64,000 nt of DNA from positions 89,300-153,299 of the forward strand of contig JAKFUS010000029.1 of NCBI GenBank assembly GCA_021732605.1, given 5' to 3'. This DNA is from Betaproteobacteria bacterium (GTDB taxonomy: Bacteria; Pseudomonadota; Gammaproteobacteria; Burkholderiales; SG8-41). Under the pieces are notes generated by a model. That model was given only the letters and a program-made list of their open reading frames with translations. It searched no databases and was not told the DNA's origin. The position numbers were made by a program, and so were the translations under genes. Of the stretch, positions 19,007 through 27,463 are shown piece by piece; the first letter of the stretch is position 1; every line of letters starts with the position of its first letter.

Positions 19007-20461
19007 ATGACCACGAAAATAAGAATGACCATCCTCGAAGAATTCACTCCCCTGTTCGCGCCGAAAACCGTAGCCGTGGTCGGCGCCTCGACCAAGGGCA
19101 ATGCGCTGCCCAATGTCTTCATCCGCCGCATTCGCGAATTTGGTTTCACCGGCGACATTTATCCGATTCATCCCGCGGCTGCGGAAATCGATGGTCTGAA
19201 GGCGTACAAAAGCCTCGCCGATACGCCGAAGCCCGTGGATTACGCCTATATCGCCGTGTCCGGCGCGCAGATTCCAGCAATGCTGTCGGCGGCGAAAGGC
19301 CATGTGCGTTTTGCGCAGGTGGTATCCAGCGGTTTCGGTGAAGTCGAAGAAGGCAAAAACCTGCAGGCTGAACTGGCGGATGCCGCGCGCGCCGGCGGCA
19401 TGCGTCTGCTCGGCCCCAACTGTCTGGGTATTTACACGCCGCGCGGCCATGTGACCTTTACTGAAATCGGTCCCAAGGAAGTCGGCCCGGTCGGCATCGT
19501 GTCGCAAAGCGGCGGTCTCGGCACCGACATCATCCGACGCGGTATGTCGCGCGGACTGAAGTTCTCCGGACTGGTTACCGTCGGCAACTGCGCCGATGTC
19601 ACGCCCTCAGATTTGCTGGAGTTCTACCTTGCTGACCCGCAGACCAAGGTGATCGGCATGTACATCGAAACCGCCAAAGACGGTCGCCGCTTGTTCGACA
19701 TCCTGCGTAACGCCCGCGCGGTGAAACCGGTAGTGATCCTCAAGGGCGGACGTACTCAGCAGGGCCTCGCAGCCGCAGCGTCGCATACCGGTTCGCTGGC
19801 AGGGGATGATCGCGTGTGGGTCGCACTGGCACGGCAGACCGGTTGCATGCTGGTCGATACGCTGGATAATTTCATCGACACGCTGCTGATATTCCAGACC
19901 CTGACGCCGCGCCCGCAACGCGCGACCAAAAAAGTCGTGCTGTTCGGCAATGGTGGCGGCACCAGCGTGCTGGCCACCGACTATTACTCGCGGCTGGACC
20001 TCGACGTCACGCCGTTCGCGCAAAACGTGATTGACGCGCTGGCAGAACTCAAACTGCCGCCGGGCACCAGCATCACCAATCCGGTCGATTGCCCCGTGGG
20101 TACGCTGCAGCAGGACGATGGCCGCGTCGCCGAAAAAATCCTCGATATCATCTACAGTAAGGGCAAACCCGAAGCCCTGGTGATGCATCTGAATCTGTCG
20201 GCCTTTGTCGGCCGCACCAAACCCGAGGTGCTGGACAACCTGGTCGCAGCCGCGATGCGTGTGCAGGAAAAGTATCCCGACCAGTCGCATTTCATCCTGG
20301 TGCTGCGTTCTGATGGTGAACCGACACTGGAAGCGCGCAAGCGAGAATTCCGCGACAAGGCGGTGGCGCTGGGCGTGCCGGTGTACGACGAGATGGCCAA
20401 TGCCGGACACGCCGTTGCGGCGCTGGCGACCTTCGAGCGCTTCAAGGCCGCGCGCGCTTGA
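19007..20461 (+). CDS. ADP-forming acyl-CoA synthetase, CoA-binding/ligase (alpha-like) subunit
   Basis: 484 aa. The CoA-binding Rossmann start is PKTVAVVGAS, followed by a succinyl-CoA-ligase-like flavodoxin domain (GIVSQSGGLG). The gap to the upstream gene is 2 nt. Confidence 0.8.
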   Translation: MTTKIRMTILEEFTPLFAPKTVAVVGASTKGNALPNVFIRRIREFGFTGDIYPIHPAAAEIDGLKAYKSLADTPKPVDYAYIAVSGAQIPAMLSAAKGHVRFAQVVSSGFGEVEEGKNLQAELADAARAGGMRLLGPNCLGIYTPRGHVTFTEIGPKEVGPVGIVSQSGGLGTDIIRRGMSRGLKFSGLVTVGNCADVTPSDLLEFYLADPQTKVIGMYIETAKDGRRLFDILRNARAVKPVVILKGGRTQQGLAAAASHTGSLAGDDRVWVALARQTGCMLVDTLDNFIDTLLIFQTLTPRPQRATKKVVLFGNGGGTSVLATDYYSRLDLDVTPFAQNVIDALAELKLPPGTSITNPVDCPVGTLQQDDGRVAEKILDIIYSKGKPEALVMHLNLSAFVGRTKPEVLDNLVAAAMRVQEKYPDQSHFILVLRSDGEPTLEARKREFRDKAVALGVPVYDEMANAGHAVAALATFERFKAARA

Positions 20462-20470
20462 TTTTCAACA

Positions 20471-21670
20471 ATGGCCTACCAGCATCAGTTCCGTGCCATC
20501 GCTTATCCGCTACGGCTTTACAGCGGCAAAGACGCGCTGAAAAACCTGCAGGCGGAACTGAAGCGCTTGAAGTCGCAAAAAGCATTCATTGTTTGCGGGC
20601 GCAGCGTATCGCGTAAAACAAATCTGATCGACCGCATCGCCAAAATCCTCGGCCCGGCCTACGCCGGCCGTTATGACGAAATCGAAAAAGACACCACGGT
20701 GGCCTCGGTGCAGGCTGCAGCAACGGCTGCGCGCGCAGCGCAGGCCGACCTGCTGATCGGTGTAGGCGCCGGCAGCGTGATTCAGGGCACACGCGTCGTT
20801 GCGGTGCTGCTCGCCGAAAAGGCGCCGGTCGATCAACTCATTACCCAATACCCGGAACACGGCGCAGCGATCAGTCCCAGGCTGCTGGCACCCAAGCTGC
20901 CGATCATTAATGTGCTGACCGCGGCAACCACGGCGCAGAATCGTGCGGGCTCGGCGGTGAAGGATCCGGCGCGACCCCACCGCATGGAGTTTTTTGATCC
21001 CAAAACCCGGCCTGTTGCGCTGTTCTGGGATGAAGAAGCACTGCTCACCGCGCCCGTGTCTCTGGCGCGCACGACAGGAACGTCGGTGTTCTGGCGCTCG
21101 CTGATGAACCTCGGCGCGCCAAACATGACACCGTTATCTGAAGGCGACCGGCTGCAGGCCTTCCGTCTTGCACGCGGTGCGCTGACCCGCATGAGTGATC
21201 CGCTGGATGCGGGCGCCCGCGTCGAAATGTGCGCCGCCGCCTTCCTGCAGAACCGCGATGCCGATGACGGCGGCGCGCTGACTGAAAAACACTGGCCGGC
21301 ACGCGTGACCTATGCGCTGGCCACGGCCTTATTCAATTTGCACGGCCATGTCGGGCAGGGTGAAGCCAACTCGGCGCTGACCGCCACGGTAATCCGCCAT
21401 TTCGGCGCGCGCGATCCCGAGGCGATGGCTCTGATCGCGCAGGCGTTTGACATCACCGACAGCCGTCCCGCGTATATACGGGCCGCCGACGCCGTCGAAC
21501 GGGCTTTCCTGCAGGCTGGTATGCCGGTGAAACTGCGAGAACTCAATATCCCCCGCGACAGCCTCGCGACGGTCCTCGAAAACTCGCTGAAGAATTTCAA
21601 CGCCGATCCCAGTCGCGAATTCCTGCACGAGCGGGATGCGCTGATGGCGGCGCTGGACGCCGCCTGGTAA
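20471..21670 (+). CDS. Iron-containing alcohol dehydrogenase / maleylacetate reductase family protein
   Basis: 399 aa. The N-terminal Fe-ADH pattern is present (FIVCGRSVS...ADLLIGVGAGSVIQGTR). Confidence 0.75.
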   Translation: MAYQHQFRAIAYPLRLYSGKDALKNLQAELKRLKSQKAFIVCGRSVSRKTNLIDRIAKILGPAYAGRYDEIEKDTTVASVQAAATAARAAQADLLIGVGAGSVIQGTRVVAVLLAEKAPVDQLITQYPEHGAAISPRLLAPKLPIINVLTAATTAQNRAGSAVKDPARPHRMEFFDPKTRPVALFWDEEALLTAPVSLARTTGTSVFWRSLMNLGAPNMTPLSEGDRLQAFRLARGALTRMSDPLDAGARVEMCAAAFLQNRDADDGGALTEKHWPARVTYALATALFNLHGHVGQGEANSALTATVIRHFGARDPEAMALIAQAFDITDSRPAYIRAADAVERAFLQAGMPVKLRELNIPRDSLATVLENSLKNFNADPSREFLHERDALMAALDAAW

Positions 21671-21737
21671 TTTCCCAGACGGTCGGAACCGCGATCAGTG
21701 TCGCAAAGGATGAAGATCGGCTAATCTGTCGTTTCCC

Positions 21738-22070
21738 ATGAAATATCTGTTCCTGATCGCGCTTCTTCTGTTCTCCGGCAGCATCCGCGCCGAGCTTGCT
21801 GCCAAACCGTTGCAGCTTGCGGCGATGGCCGACTTTGATGCAGAGCAAAAGGTCGTGATGTACGCCACCAGCTGGTGCCCGTATTGCCAGCAGGCGCGCA
21901 ATTATTTCAGCCAACAGGGCATCGCCTACACCGAATACGACATTGAACGTGACGCCGAAGCAAAGCGCAGGTATCAGGCTTTCGGTGGCCGGGGTATCCC
22001 GGTGATTTTTGTCGGCAAGCGCCGGATGAACGGGTTCAGTGTTTCCGGGTTCAACAAGATTTATCAATAG
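21738..22070 (+). CDS. Secreted glutaredoxin-like protein (CPYC)
   Basis: 110 aa. A signal peptide (MKYLFLIALLLFSGSIRA) is followed by VVMYATSWCPYCQQARNYF and GIPVIFVG. Confidence 0.75.
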   Translation: MKYLFLIALLLFSGSIRAELAAKPLQLAAMADFDAEQKVVMYATSWCPYCQQARNYFSQQGIAYTEYDIERDAEAKRRYQAFGGRGIPVIFVGKRRMNGFSVSGFNKIYQ

Positions 22071-22212
22071 CGCAGGTCTAAAAACCCCAATCAATCCGTT
22101 AGTTACAAGATCTAAAAGACCCCGGCCCCCTTGTCGCAGGTTCTATGATAAAAATCCGCAAACAGCAGGGCTGAAAAAGCAGGGTTGTAGTTTTTGCACA
22201 GGGGGCCAGAAC

Positions 22213-22452
22213 ATGTTTGCAATCGTCAGCAAATCGGATGGTTATCCAGTCAGTCGCAGCACCGGCAGCGGGCAACCCGATCTCGTCGTGACCTGGACTT
22301 CCGGCGACAAGGCCAAGGCCTTCCTCACCGCCAAGGGCATCGATGCCGATTACGCGGTGGTCGCGCTTACCGAAGACGCGCTCAACACCATGGCCAAGTC
22401 GCTGGGCTGTGATGCGGATGCCATTGCGTTCGATTCCTATCCCGAGAAATAG
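22213..22452 (+). CDS. Small hypothetical protein (79 aa)
   Basis: Internal ATG preceded by cAGGGGGccagaac. No motif recognised. The upstream part of the track ORF looks non-coding. Confidence 0.45.
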   Translation: MFAIVSKSDGYPVSRSTGSGQPDLVVTWTSGDKAKAFLTAKGIDADYAVVALTEDALNTMAKSLGCDADAIAFDSYPEK

Positions 22453-22625
22453 AAGTTTAGAAGCACTAGCGCTGCTGATCGCGGCGTCGGCCCTGCTCTG
22501 GTAAGGTCAGCCCTGCCGCTTACAAAGCCTTACACATTGTTACCGGAATGCGGTCGATTCTGCAGGGAGCCCGGCGTTAGTCTGCAGGTGGGAATTGCCC
22601 CACCATTCATCCAGGGAGATTTAAC

Positions 22626-22958
22626 ATGAACATCAAGGCCATCATTGCTGCTGCGGTCATTGCCGCCGTGCCCGCGCTTTCTTATGCGCAGACCAAGGAT
22701 CCCGCTGCCACCCCCGGCATCGACAAGCGTCAGGAAATCCAGCAGAAGCGCATCGATCAGGGCGTGCAGTCGGGTGAGCTGAACAAGCGCGAAGCGGCCC
22801 GCCTGGAACGGCATCAGGCCGGTATCAACAAAATGGAAGACAAGGCAAAAGCCGACGGCACCGTGACCAAAAAAGAGCGCGCGAAAATCCACCATGCCCA
22901 GAACAATGAAAGCCAGCGCATCCATCGCCAGAAACACGATCGTCAGAAAGCGAAATAA
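22626..22958 (+). CDS. Secreted K/Q/R-rich helical hypothetical protein
   Basis: 110 aa with a signal peptide ending AVPALSYAQ. It has repeated charged heptad-like segments, a GGAG Shine-Dalgarno and a strong terminator downstream. Confidence 0.65.
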   Translation: MNIKAIIAAAVIAAVPALSYAQTKDPAATPGIDKRQEIQQKRIDQGVQSGELNKREAARLERHQAGINKMEDKAKADGTVTKKERAKIHHAQNNESQRIHRQKHDRQKAK

Positions 22959-22980
22959 ATCCCGCCGCTGATCAACCGCA

Positions 22981-23007
22981 ACCGCCCCGCGAGGGGCGGT
23001 TTTTTTG
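22981..23007 (+). terminator. Rho-independent terminator
   Basis: Stem ACCGCCCC / GGGGCGGT with loop GCGA, followed by TTTTTTT. Confidence 0.8.
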
Positions 23008-23062
23008 CGTCTGCAGTGTCGGCTACAATGCCCGCGGTTCACAAACAACAGCGGATGACATC

Positions 23063-23449
23063 ATGGATACCCTGCAGGCCGGCATGACCCTTAGCGTCGA
23101 ACGCGAAGTCAGCGAAGCGATGACCACACAGCGCGGCGACTACAAGGTGTTTTCGACACCGTCGATGGTGCAGTTCTGCGAAAGCGCAGCAGGACAGCTG
23201 GTCGCACCGCACCTGAAGCCGGGACAGGGTCAGGTTGGCATGATCGTCACCATCCGCCACCTGGGGCCGACGCCGATGGGCAAGCGGGTGCGCGCCGAGG
23301 TTGAGCTGACCGGCATCGACCGCCGCCGGCTGAGCTTCAAGATCAAGGTGTTTGACGATGTGGAGCAGGTCGGCGAATGTGATCACGACCGCTTCATCGT
23401 CGACCTCGACAAGTACCAGGCCAAATTGAAGAAAAAAATCGAAGGCTGA
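23063..23449 (+). CDS. Hotdog-fold acyl-CoA thioesterase (FlK-like family)
   Basis: 128 aa. The pattern VFSTPSMVQFCESAA followed by a long central-helix region is typical of this small thioesterase family. Confidence 0.75.
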   Translation: MDTLQAGMTLSVEREVSEAMTTQRGDYKVFSTPSMVQFCESAAGQLVAPHLKPGQGQVGMIVTIRHLGPTPMGKRVRAEVELTGIDRRRLSFKIKVFDDVEQVGECDHDRFIVDLDKYQAKLKKKIEG

Positions 23450-23467
23450 TCTTCGCCCGCGAATATA

Positions 23468-23498
23468 CTGTAACAATTTGTTTTTATTAATTATTTTG
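23468..23498 (+). repeat. AT-rich intergenic block, degenerate copy G (GTAACAATTTGTTTTTATTAATTATTTTGTC)
   Basis: It shares the ...ATTTGTTTTTATT... core with copies A and F. It lies between two convergent stop codons. Confidence 0.4.
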
Positions 23499-24342
23499 TC
23501 GTAACCTGCAGTCGCCATCGCCGCGATTCAACCAGCGTCAGAAATTCATCGGTGATGCGGTTGAAGTGCGCCGGTTCCTCCAGATTGACTACATGGCCGG
23601 TCGCCGGCACCACGCTGAGGCGCGCTGCCGGGCAAGTGCGCTTGATGAACAGCCCGGCGTCGAGTGCGCTTTCATCCTCATCACCAACCACCACATGCAG
23701 CGGTACTGTCAGCTGACGCAGGCCGCGCTCCAGGCTCTGGATCGCCGGGCGGCGCATTTGTATGCCACGCAGCGTGTTGGCGTGGCCGAGACCGGAATGC
23801 TCGCAGAAACGCAGCCAGAATTCACGCCAGGCGCGCGGATTTTTGTGCAGCAACTGCACGCGGTTGGGCGCATTGCGATAACTTTTTGCGATGTCCTGCA
23901 ATGGCAGAGTTTCAAACTCGCTGGCCCGGATCGCGGTGTTGCGTAAAAACTCTTTCCTTTTTTGCGGATCGGAACCGGACCCCGCGCCGATCAGCGTCAG
24001 TGACTGCGCCATGCGCGGGTAATGCAGGCCGAAATGCAGTGTGGCGGCAGCACCCATCGAACAGCCGATGATGTGCGCCTTGCGCAGGCCGAGGTGGCGC
24101 ATCACCGCGGCGATGTCGTCGGTGGCGATGGCCTGTGAATAGTTTGTCCAGGATTTCGGCACGCCCGACGGCGGATAGCCACGCGCATTAAACGCGATGC
24201 AGCGGTAGCGGCGGCTGAAGTGCCGGATCTGGTCTTCCCAGCTGCGCAGATCGCCTGAAAATTCATGGACGAAAACGATGGGCGTGCCGCGGCCGGTGTC
24301 CTCGTAGTAAAGCCGTACATTCTTTGATTCGGCATAGGGCAT
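23491..24342 (-). CDS. Alpha/beta-fold hydrolase
   Basis: 283 aa. It has the oxyanion-hole motif VFVHEF and the nucleophile elbow GCSMG. Confidence 0.85.
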   Translation of the reverse strand: MPYAESKNVRLYYEDTGRGTPIVFVHEFSGDLRSWEDQIRHFSRRYRCIAFNARGYPPSGVPKSWTNYSQAIATDDIAAVMRHLGLRKAHIIGCSMGAAATLHFGLHYPRMAQSLTLIGAGSGSDPQKRKEFLRNTAIRASEFETLPLQDIAKSYRNAPNRVQLLHKNPRAWREFWLRFCEHSGLGHANTLRGIQMRRPAIQSLERGLRQLTVPLHVVVGDEDESALDAGLFIKRTCPAARLSVVPATGHVVNLEEPAHFNRITDEFLTLVESRRWRLQVTTK

Positions 24343-24366
24343 GGGGTGCTCCCGCAGCGGGTTCGT

Positions 24367-24648
24367 TTAAGGCGCGACCTGCACGCCCCTCCAGAACGCA
24401 ACCCGGCCGCGGATTTCCTTTGCGGCTTCTTCGGGCTCGGCGTAATACCACACCGCGTCCGTGTTGCTGCTGCCGTTGACATCCAGCGTGTAGTAATTGG
24501 CGGTGCCTTTCCAGGAACACACCGTCCTCGTGGTGCTGGGTCTGAGGAAAGCGGCGTTGACGGAGGCCAGCGGGAAATAGTGATTGCCCTCGACGACCAC
24601 GGTGTCTGCGGATTCGGCGATGACGGCATTGTTCCAGATGGCTTTCAT
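24367..24648 (-). CDS. DUF427 domain protein
   Basis: 93 aa. The pattern AIWNNAVIAESADTVVVEGNHYFP...CSWKGTANYYTL...AVWYY is characteristic of DUF427. Confidence 0.8.
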   Translation of the reverse strand: MKAIWNNAVIAESADTVVVEGNHYFPLASVNAAFLRPSTTRTVCSWKGTANYYTLDVNGSSNTDAVWYYAEPEEAAKEIRGRVAFWRGVQVAP

Positions 24649-24663
24649 GGGGACCTCCCGGCG

Positions 24664-25440
24664 CTATCGGCCTTCGAACTTCGGTTTACGCTTCTCGATG
24701 AAGGCGGCCATGCCTTCCTTCTGGTCTTTCGACGCAAACAGCATCTGCAATGTGCGCGTTTCCAGCGTCAGGCCGGTTTCCAGCGAGGCATCCATGCCGC
24801 GGATCACCGATTCCTTGGTCTGCTGGATCGCCAGCGGTGCCAGCTCCGCGATTTGTACCGCCATCGCGATGGCGCGTTTTTCGACATCGGCGTCGGGCAC
24901 GATTTCGCTGATCAGGCCCATCGCATCGGCTTCTTTTGCGCCGAACAGGTCGCCGGTCAGCACATAACGCATGGCCTTGTATTTGCCGACGGTGCGCGGG
25001 AAGCGCTGAGTGCCGCCGCCGCCGGGGATGATGCCGATTTTGACTTCAGGCTGACCGAATTTGGCGGACTCGCCGGCGATGATGATGTCGCAGGTCATCG
25101 CCAGTTCGCAGCCGCCGCCGAGTGCAAAGCCGCTGACCGCGGCAATCACCGGTTTCGGGCAGGCGTAGATGGTGCGCCACATTTTCTGCGTGCCGCGCAG
25201 CAGCATGTCGATGGTGCTGGCGTTGGCCATTTCCTTGATGTCGGCGCCGGCCGCAAATGCCTTGTCATTGCCGGTCAGCACAATGCAGCGCACCGAGTCG
25301 TCGTCGGTCATTTCGGTCAGGTACTGGCCGATCAGCCGCCGCACTTCCAGATTCAGTGCGTTGCGTGCTTCGGGGCGGTTGATGCGGATCAGGCCGACGC
25401 CCTCGGCAGGGCGTTCGGTGATGACGACAGGAGCGGTCAT
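24664..25440 (-). CDS. Enoyl-CoA hydratase (crotonase family)
   Basis: I use the internal ATG at 25440 (MTAPVVITERPAEGVGLIRINRPEARNALN). The track start at 25518 would overlap the upstream Bug gene. Motifs GNDKAFAAGADI and AAVSGFALGGGCELA are present. Confidence 0.9.
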   Translation of the reverse strand: MTAPVVITERPAEGVGLIRINRPEARNALNLEVRRLIGQYLTEMTDDDSVRCIVLTGNDKAFAAGADIKEMANASTIDMLLRGTQKMWRTIYACPKPVIAAVSGFALGGGCELAMTCDIIIAGESAKFGQPEVKIGIIPGGGGTQRFPRTVGKYKAMRYVLTGDLFGAKEADAMGLISEIVPDADVEKRAIAMAVQIAELAPLAIQQTKESVIRGMDASLETGLTLETRTLQMLFASKDQKEGMAAFIEKRKPKFEGR

Positions 25441-25468
25441 GGCAAATCCTTGATGAAGTTCAACAGGT

Positions 25469-26446
25469 TCAGGGTCTGGCGAGGCCGATGTCGACCAGCA
25501 CGGCTTTGATATCCGCATAATCTTTTACAAGGTCTTTCCGGAACTGCACGCTGCCAACGAAATCATCGGACCAGAAGTTTTTGTCGAGGTCTTCCTTCCA
25601 TTCCGGCGTCGCCGTGACCTTGCGCAGCACACCTTCCCAGTAGGCAATCTGCGCCGGGGTTATTTCACGCGGCGCCATGATCGCGCGCCAGCCACCGTAG
25701 ACCAGATTCGCGCCCTGTTCCTTCCAGGTCGGCACATTGGCGAATGCACCGGGAAAACGTTTGGCAGACGACACGCCGATCACGCGCAGGCGACCTTCGG
25801 CGACATGGTTGGCGACATTGCCCGCCGCTGTGGTCACCATGTCGATGTGGCCGCCGAGCACCTGGGTCACGGCTTCTGCAGAGCCCTTGAACGCGATGGC
25901 TTTCAGGTTGCGCGCGTTGACACCGACACTTTTGGCGAGGAGTCCTGCGGCGATATGGTTGTGACTGCCCAGCGCGGTGGCGAATCCGATGGATACCGAT
26001 TGCGGATTTTCCTTGAGCTTCGCAATCAGATCGCGGCCGGTCTTGATCGGTGAGTTGACATTGACTGCGAACACTACATAGTCGTTGAACAGTGAGGCAA
26101 TCGGCGTGAAGTCCTCGTAGCTGACCGTGCTGGAGCCGACGATCTGGTTGGTGAGGAGGGCCGTGGTGCCGATCAGCAGGGTGTGCGGATCGGCCTTTTT
26201 CTGCCGTACATAGGCGAACGCGATGGTGCTGCCGCCGCCCGGCTTGTTGACCACCGACAGCGAAACCGGGACCAGCTTGGCTTCGACAATGGCTTTCTCG
26301 ACCGCACGCGCGGTCTTGTCATTGCTGCCGCCTGGCGCTGAGCCGACGACGATTTCTACGTTGCGGGTCGGTGACCAGGCCTGGGCCAGTGCGGCCGGAG
26401 CCGCGGCCAGCAGTGTTGCGGCCAGCAGTGCGATCAGGGATTTCAT
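25469..26446 (-). CDS. Bug/TctC-family tripartite tricarboxylate transporter substrate-binding protein
   Basis: 325 aa with a signal peptide. The N-terminus (SPTRNVEIVVGSAPGGSND) and the overall length fit the Bug family. Confidence 0.88.
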   Translation of the reverse strand: MKSLIALLAATLLAAAPAALAQAWSPTRNVEIVVGSAPGGSNDKTARAVEKAIVEAKLVPVSLSVVNKPGGGSTIAFAYVRQKKADPHTLLIGTTALLTNQIVGSSTVSYEDFTPIASLFNDYVVFAVNVNSPIKTGRDLIAKLKENPQSVSIGFATALGSHNHIAAGLLAKSVGVNARNLKAIAFKGSAEAVTQVLGGHIDMVTTAAGNVANHVAEGRLRVIGVSSAKRFPGAFANVPTWKEQGANLVYGGWRAIMAPREITPAQIAYWEGVLRKVTATPEWKEDLDKNFWSDDFVGSVQFRKDLVKDYADIKAVLVDIGLARP

Positions 26447-26472
26447 GGGGTATTCCTCGGTGGATGGTTTAT

Positions 26473-27438
26473 TTACTGCAATTCAATCTTGGCTTTTTTG
26501 ATGACTTGCTCGTATTTGACGATTTCCGAGCGGATAAATTTATCGAAGGATTCCGTGCTGCCGCCCTTGGGTACCACGCCTTCGCTTTCGAAGCGGTTTT
26601 TGATTTCGCTGCTGGCCAGCACCTTGTTGCCGTCGGTGTTGATGCGGGCGATCACTTCCTTCGGCACCTTGATCGGCGCCATCAGCCCGAACCAGTTGCT
26701 GACTTCATAGCCCTTGACGCCGGATTCATCAAAGGTCGGCACATCGGGCACAGCGGCGAAACGTTCGAGGCTGCTGATCGCGATCGCTCGCAGGCGGCCG
26801 GATTTGATATGCGGCATCAGTGCCGGCACGCCGCTGAACACCATTTCCACATTGCCCGAGATGGCGTCGGTGATCGACGGCGGATTGCCTTTGTACGGTA
26901 CGTGGGTAATGTTAATGCCCGCCATGACTTTCAGCAGTTCGCCGGCCATGTGGTTGGAGCTGCCGAGCCCGGCATGGCCGTAGTTGAGCTGCCCGGGCCG
27001 GGATTTGGCCAAGGCGATCAGTTCCCTGGCATTTTTTGCCGGCAGGGAGGGATGCGCCGCCAGCAGTGCTGCGCCCTGCACGCACCACAGCACCGGCGCG
27101 AAATCACGCAATGTGTTGTAGGGCGGCTTGGTGTACAGCGTCATGTTCACTGCGTTGGACGCGCCGCCCATGAACAGCGTGTAGCCGTCGGGCACGGCCT
27201 TGGCGCCGAGTTCCGAGCCGATGTTGGTGCCGCCGCCGGGACGGTTATCGATGATGACCTGCTGGCCCCACATTTCGCCGAGCTTGGCGCCGACAGTACG
27301 CGCAGTGAAGTCGGTGTTACCGCCCGCGGTGTAGGGCACGATGATGCGCACGGTACGCGTCGGCCAGGTCTGCGCAATGGCCGGGGCGGCGCTGAGCACA
27401 GCCGCAGCGATAATCACTAAATTATTGATTTTATTCAC
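26473..27438 (-). CDS. Bug/TctC-family substrate-binding protein
   Basis: I use the GTG at 27438, preceded by GGAGGAG (VNKINNLVIIAAAVLSAAPAIAQTWPTRTVRIIVPYTAGGNTD). The longer track ORF overlaps the upstream gene. Confidence 0.85.
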   Translation of the reverse strand: MNKINNLVIIAAAVLSAAPAIAQTWPTRTVRIIVPYTAGGNTDFTARTVGAKLGEMWGQQVIIDNRPGGGTNIGSELGAKAVPDGYTLFMGGASNAVNMTLYTKPPYNTLRDFAPVLWCVQGAALLAAHPSLPAKNARELIALAKSRPGQLNYGHAGLGSSNHMAGELLKVMAGINITHVPYKGNPPSITDAISGNVEMVFSGVPALMPHIKSGRLRAIAISSLERFAAVPDVPTFDESGVKGYEVSNWFGLMAPIKVPKEVIARINTDGNKVLASSEIKNRFESEGVVPKGGSTESFDKFIRSEIVKYEQVIKKAKIELQ

Positions 27439-27463
27439 TATTTTCTCCTCCAGCTTTTTATAA

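Noticed and set aside
24346-25509. 387-aa + strand ORF
   Set aside because: Antisense shadow spanning the DUF427 and crotonase genes, which are both well supported.
26371-27420. 349-aa + strand ORF
   Set aside because: Antisense shadow of the second Bug gene. The sequence is low-complexity and Arg/Gly/Asp/His-rich.
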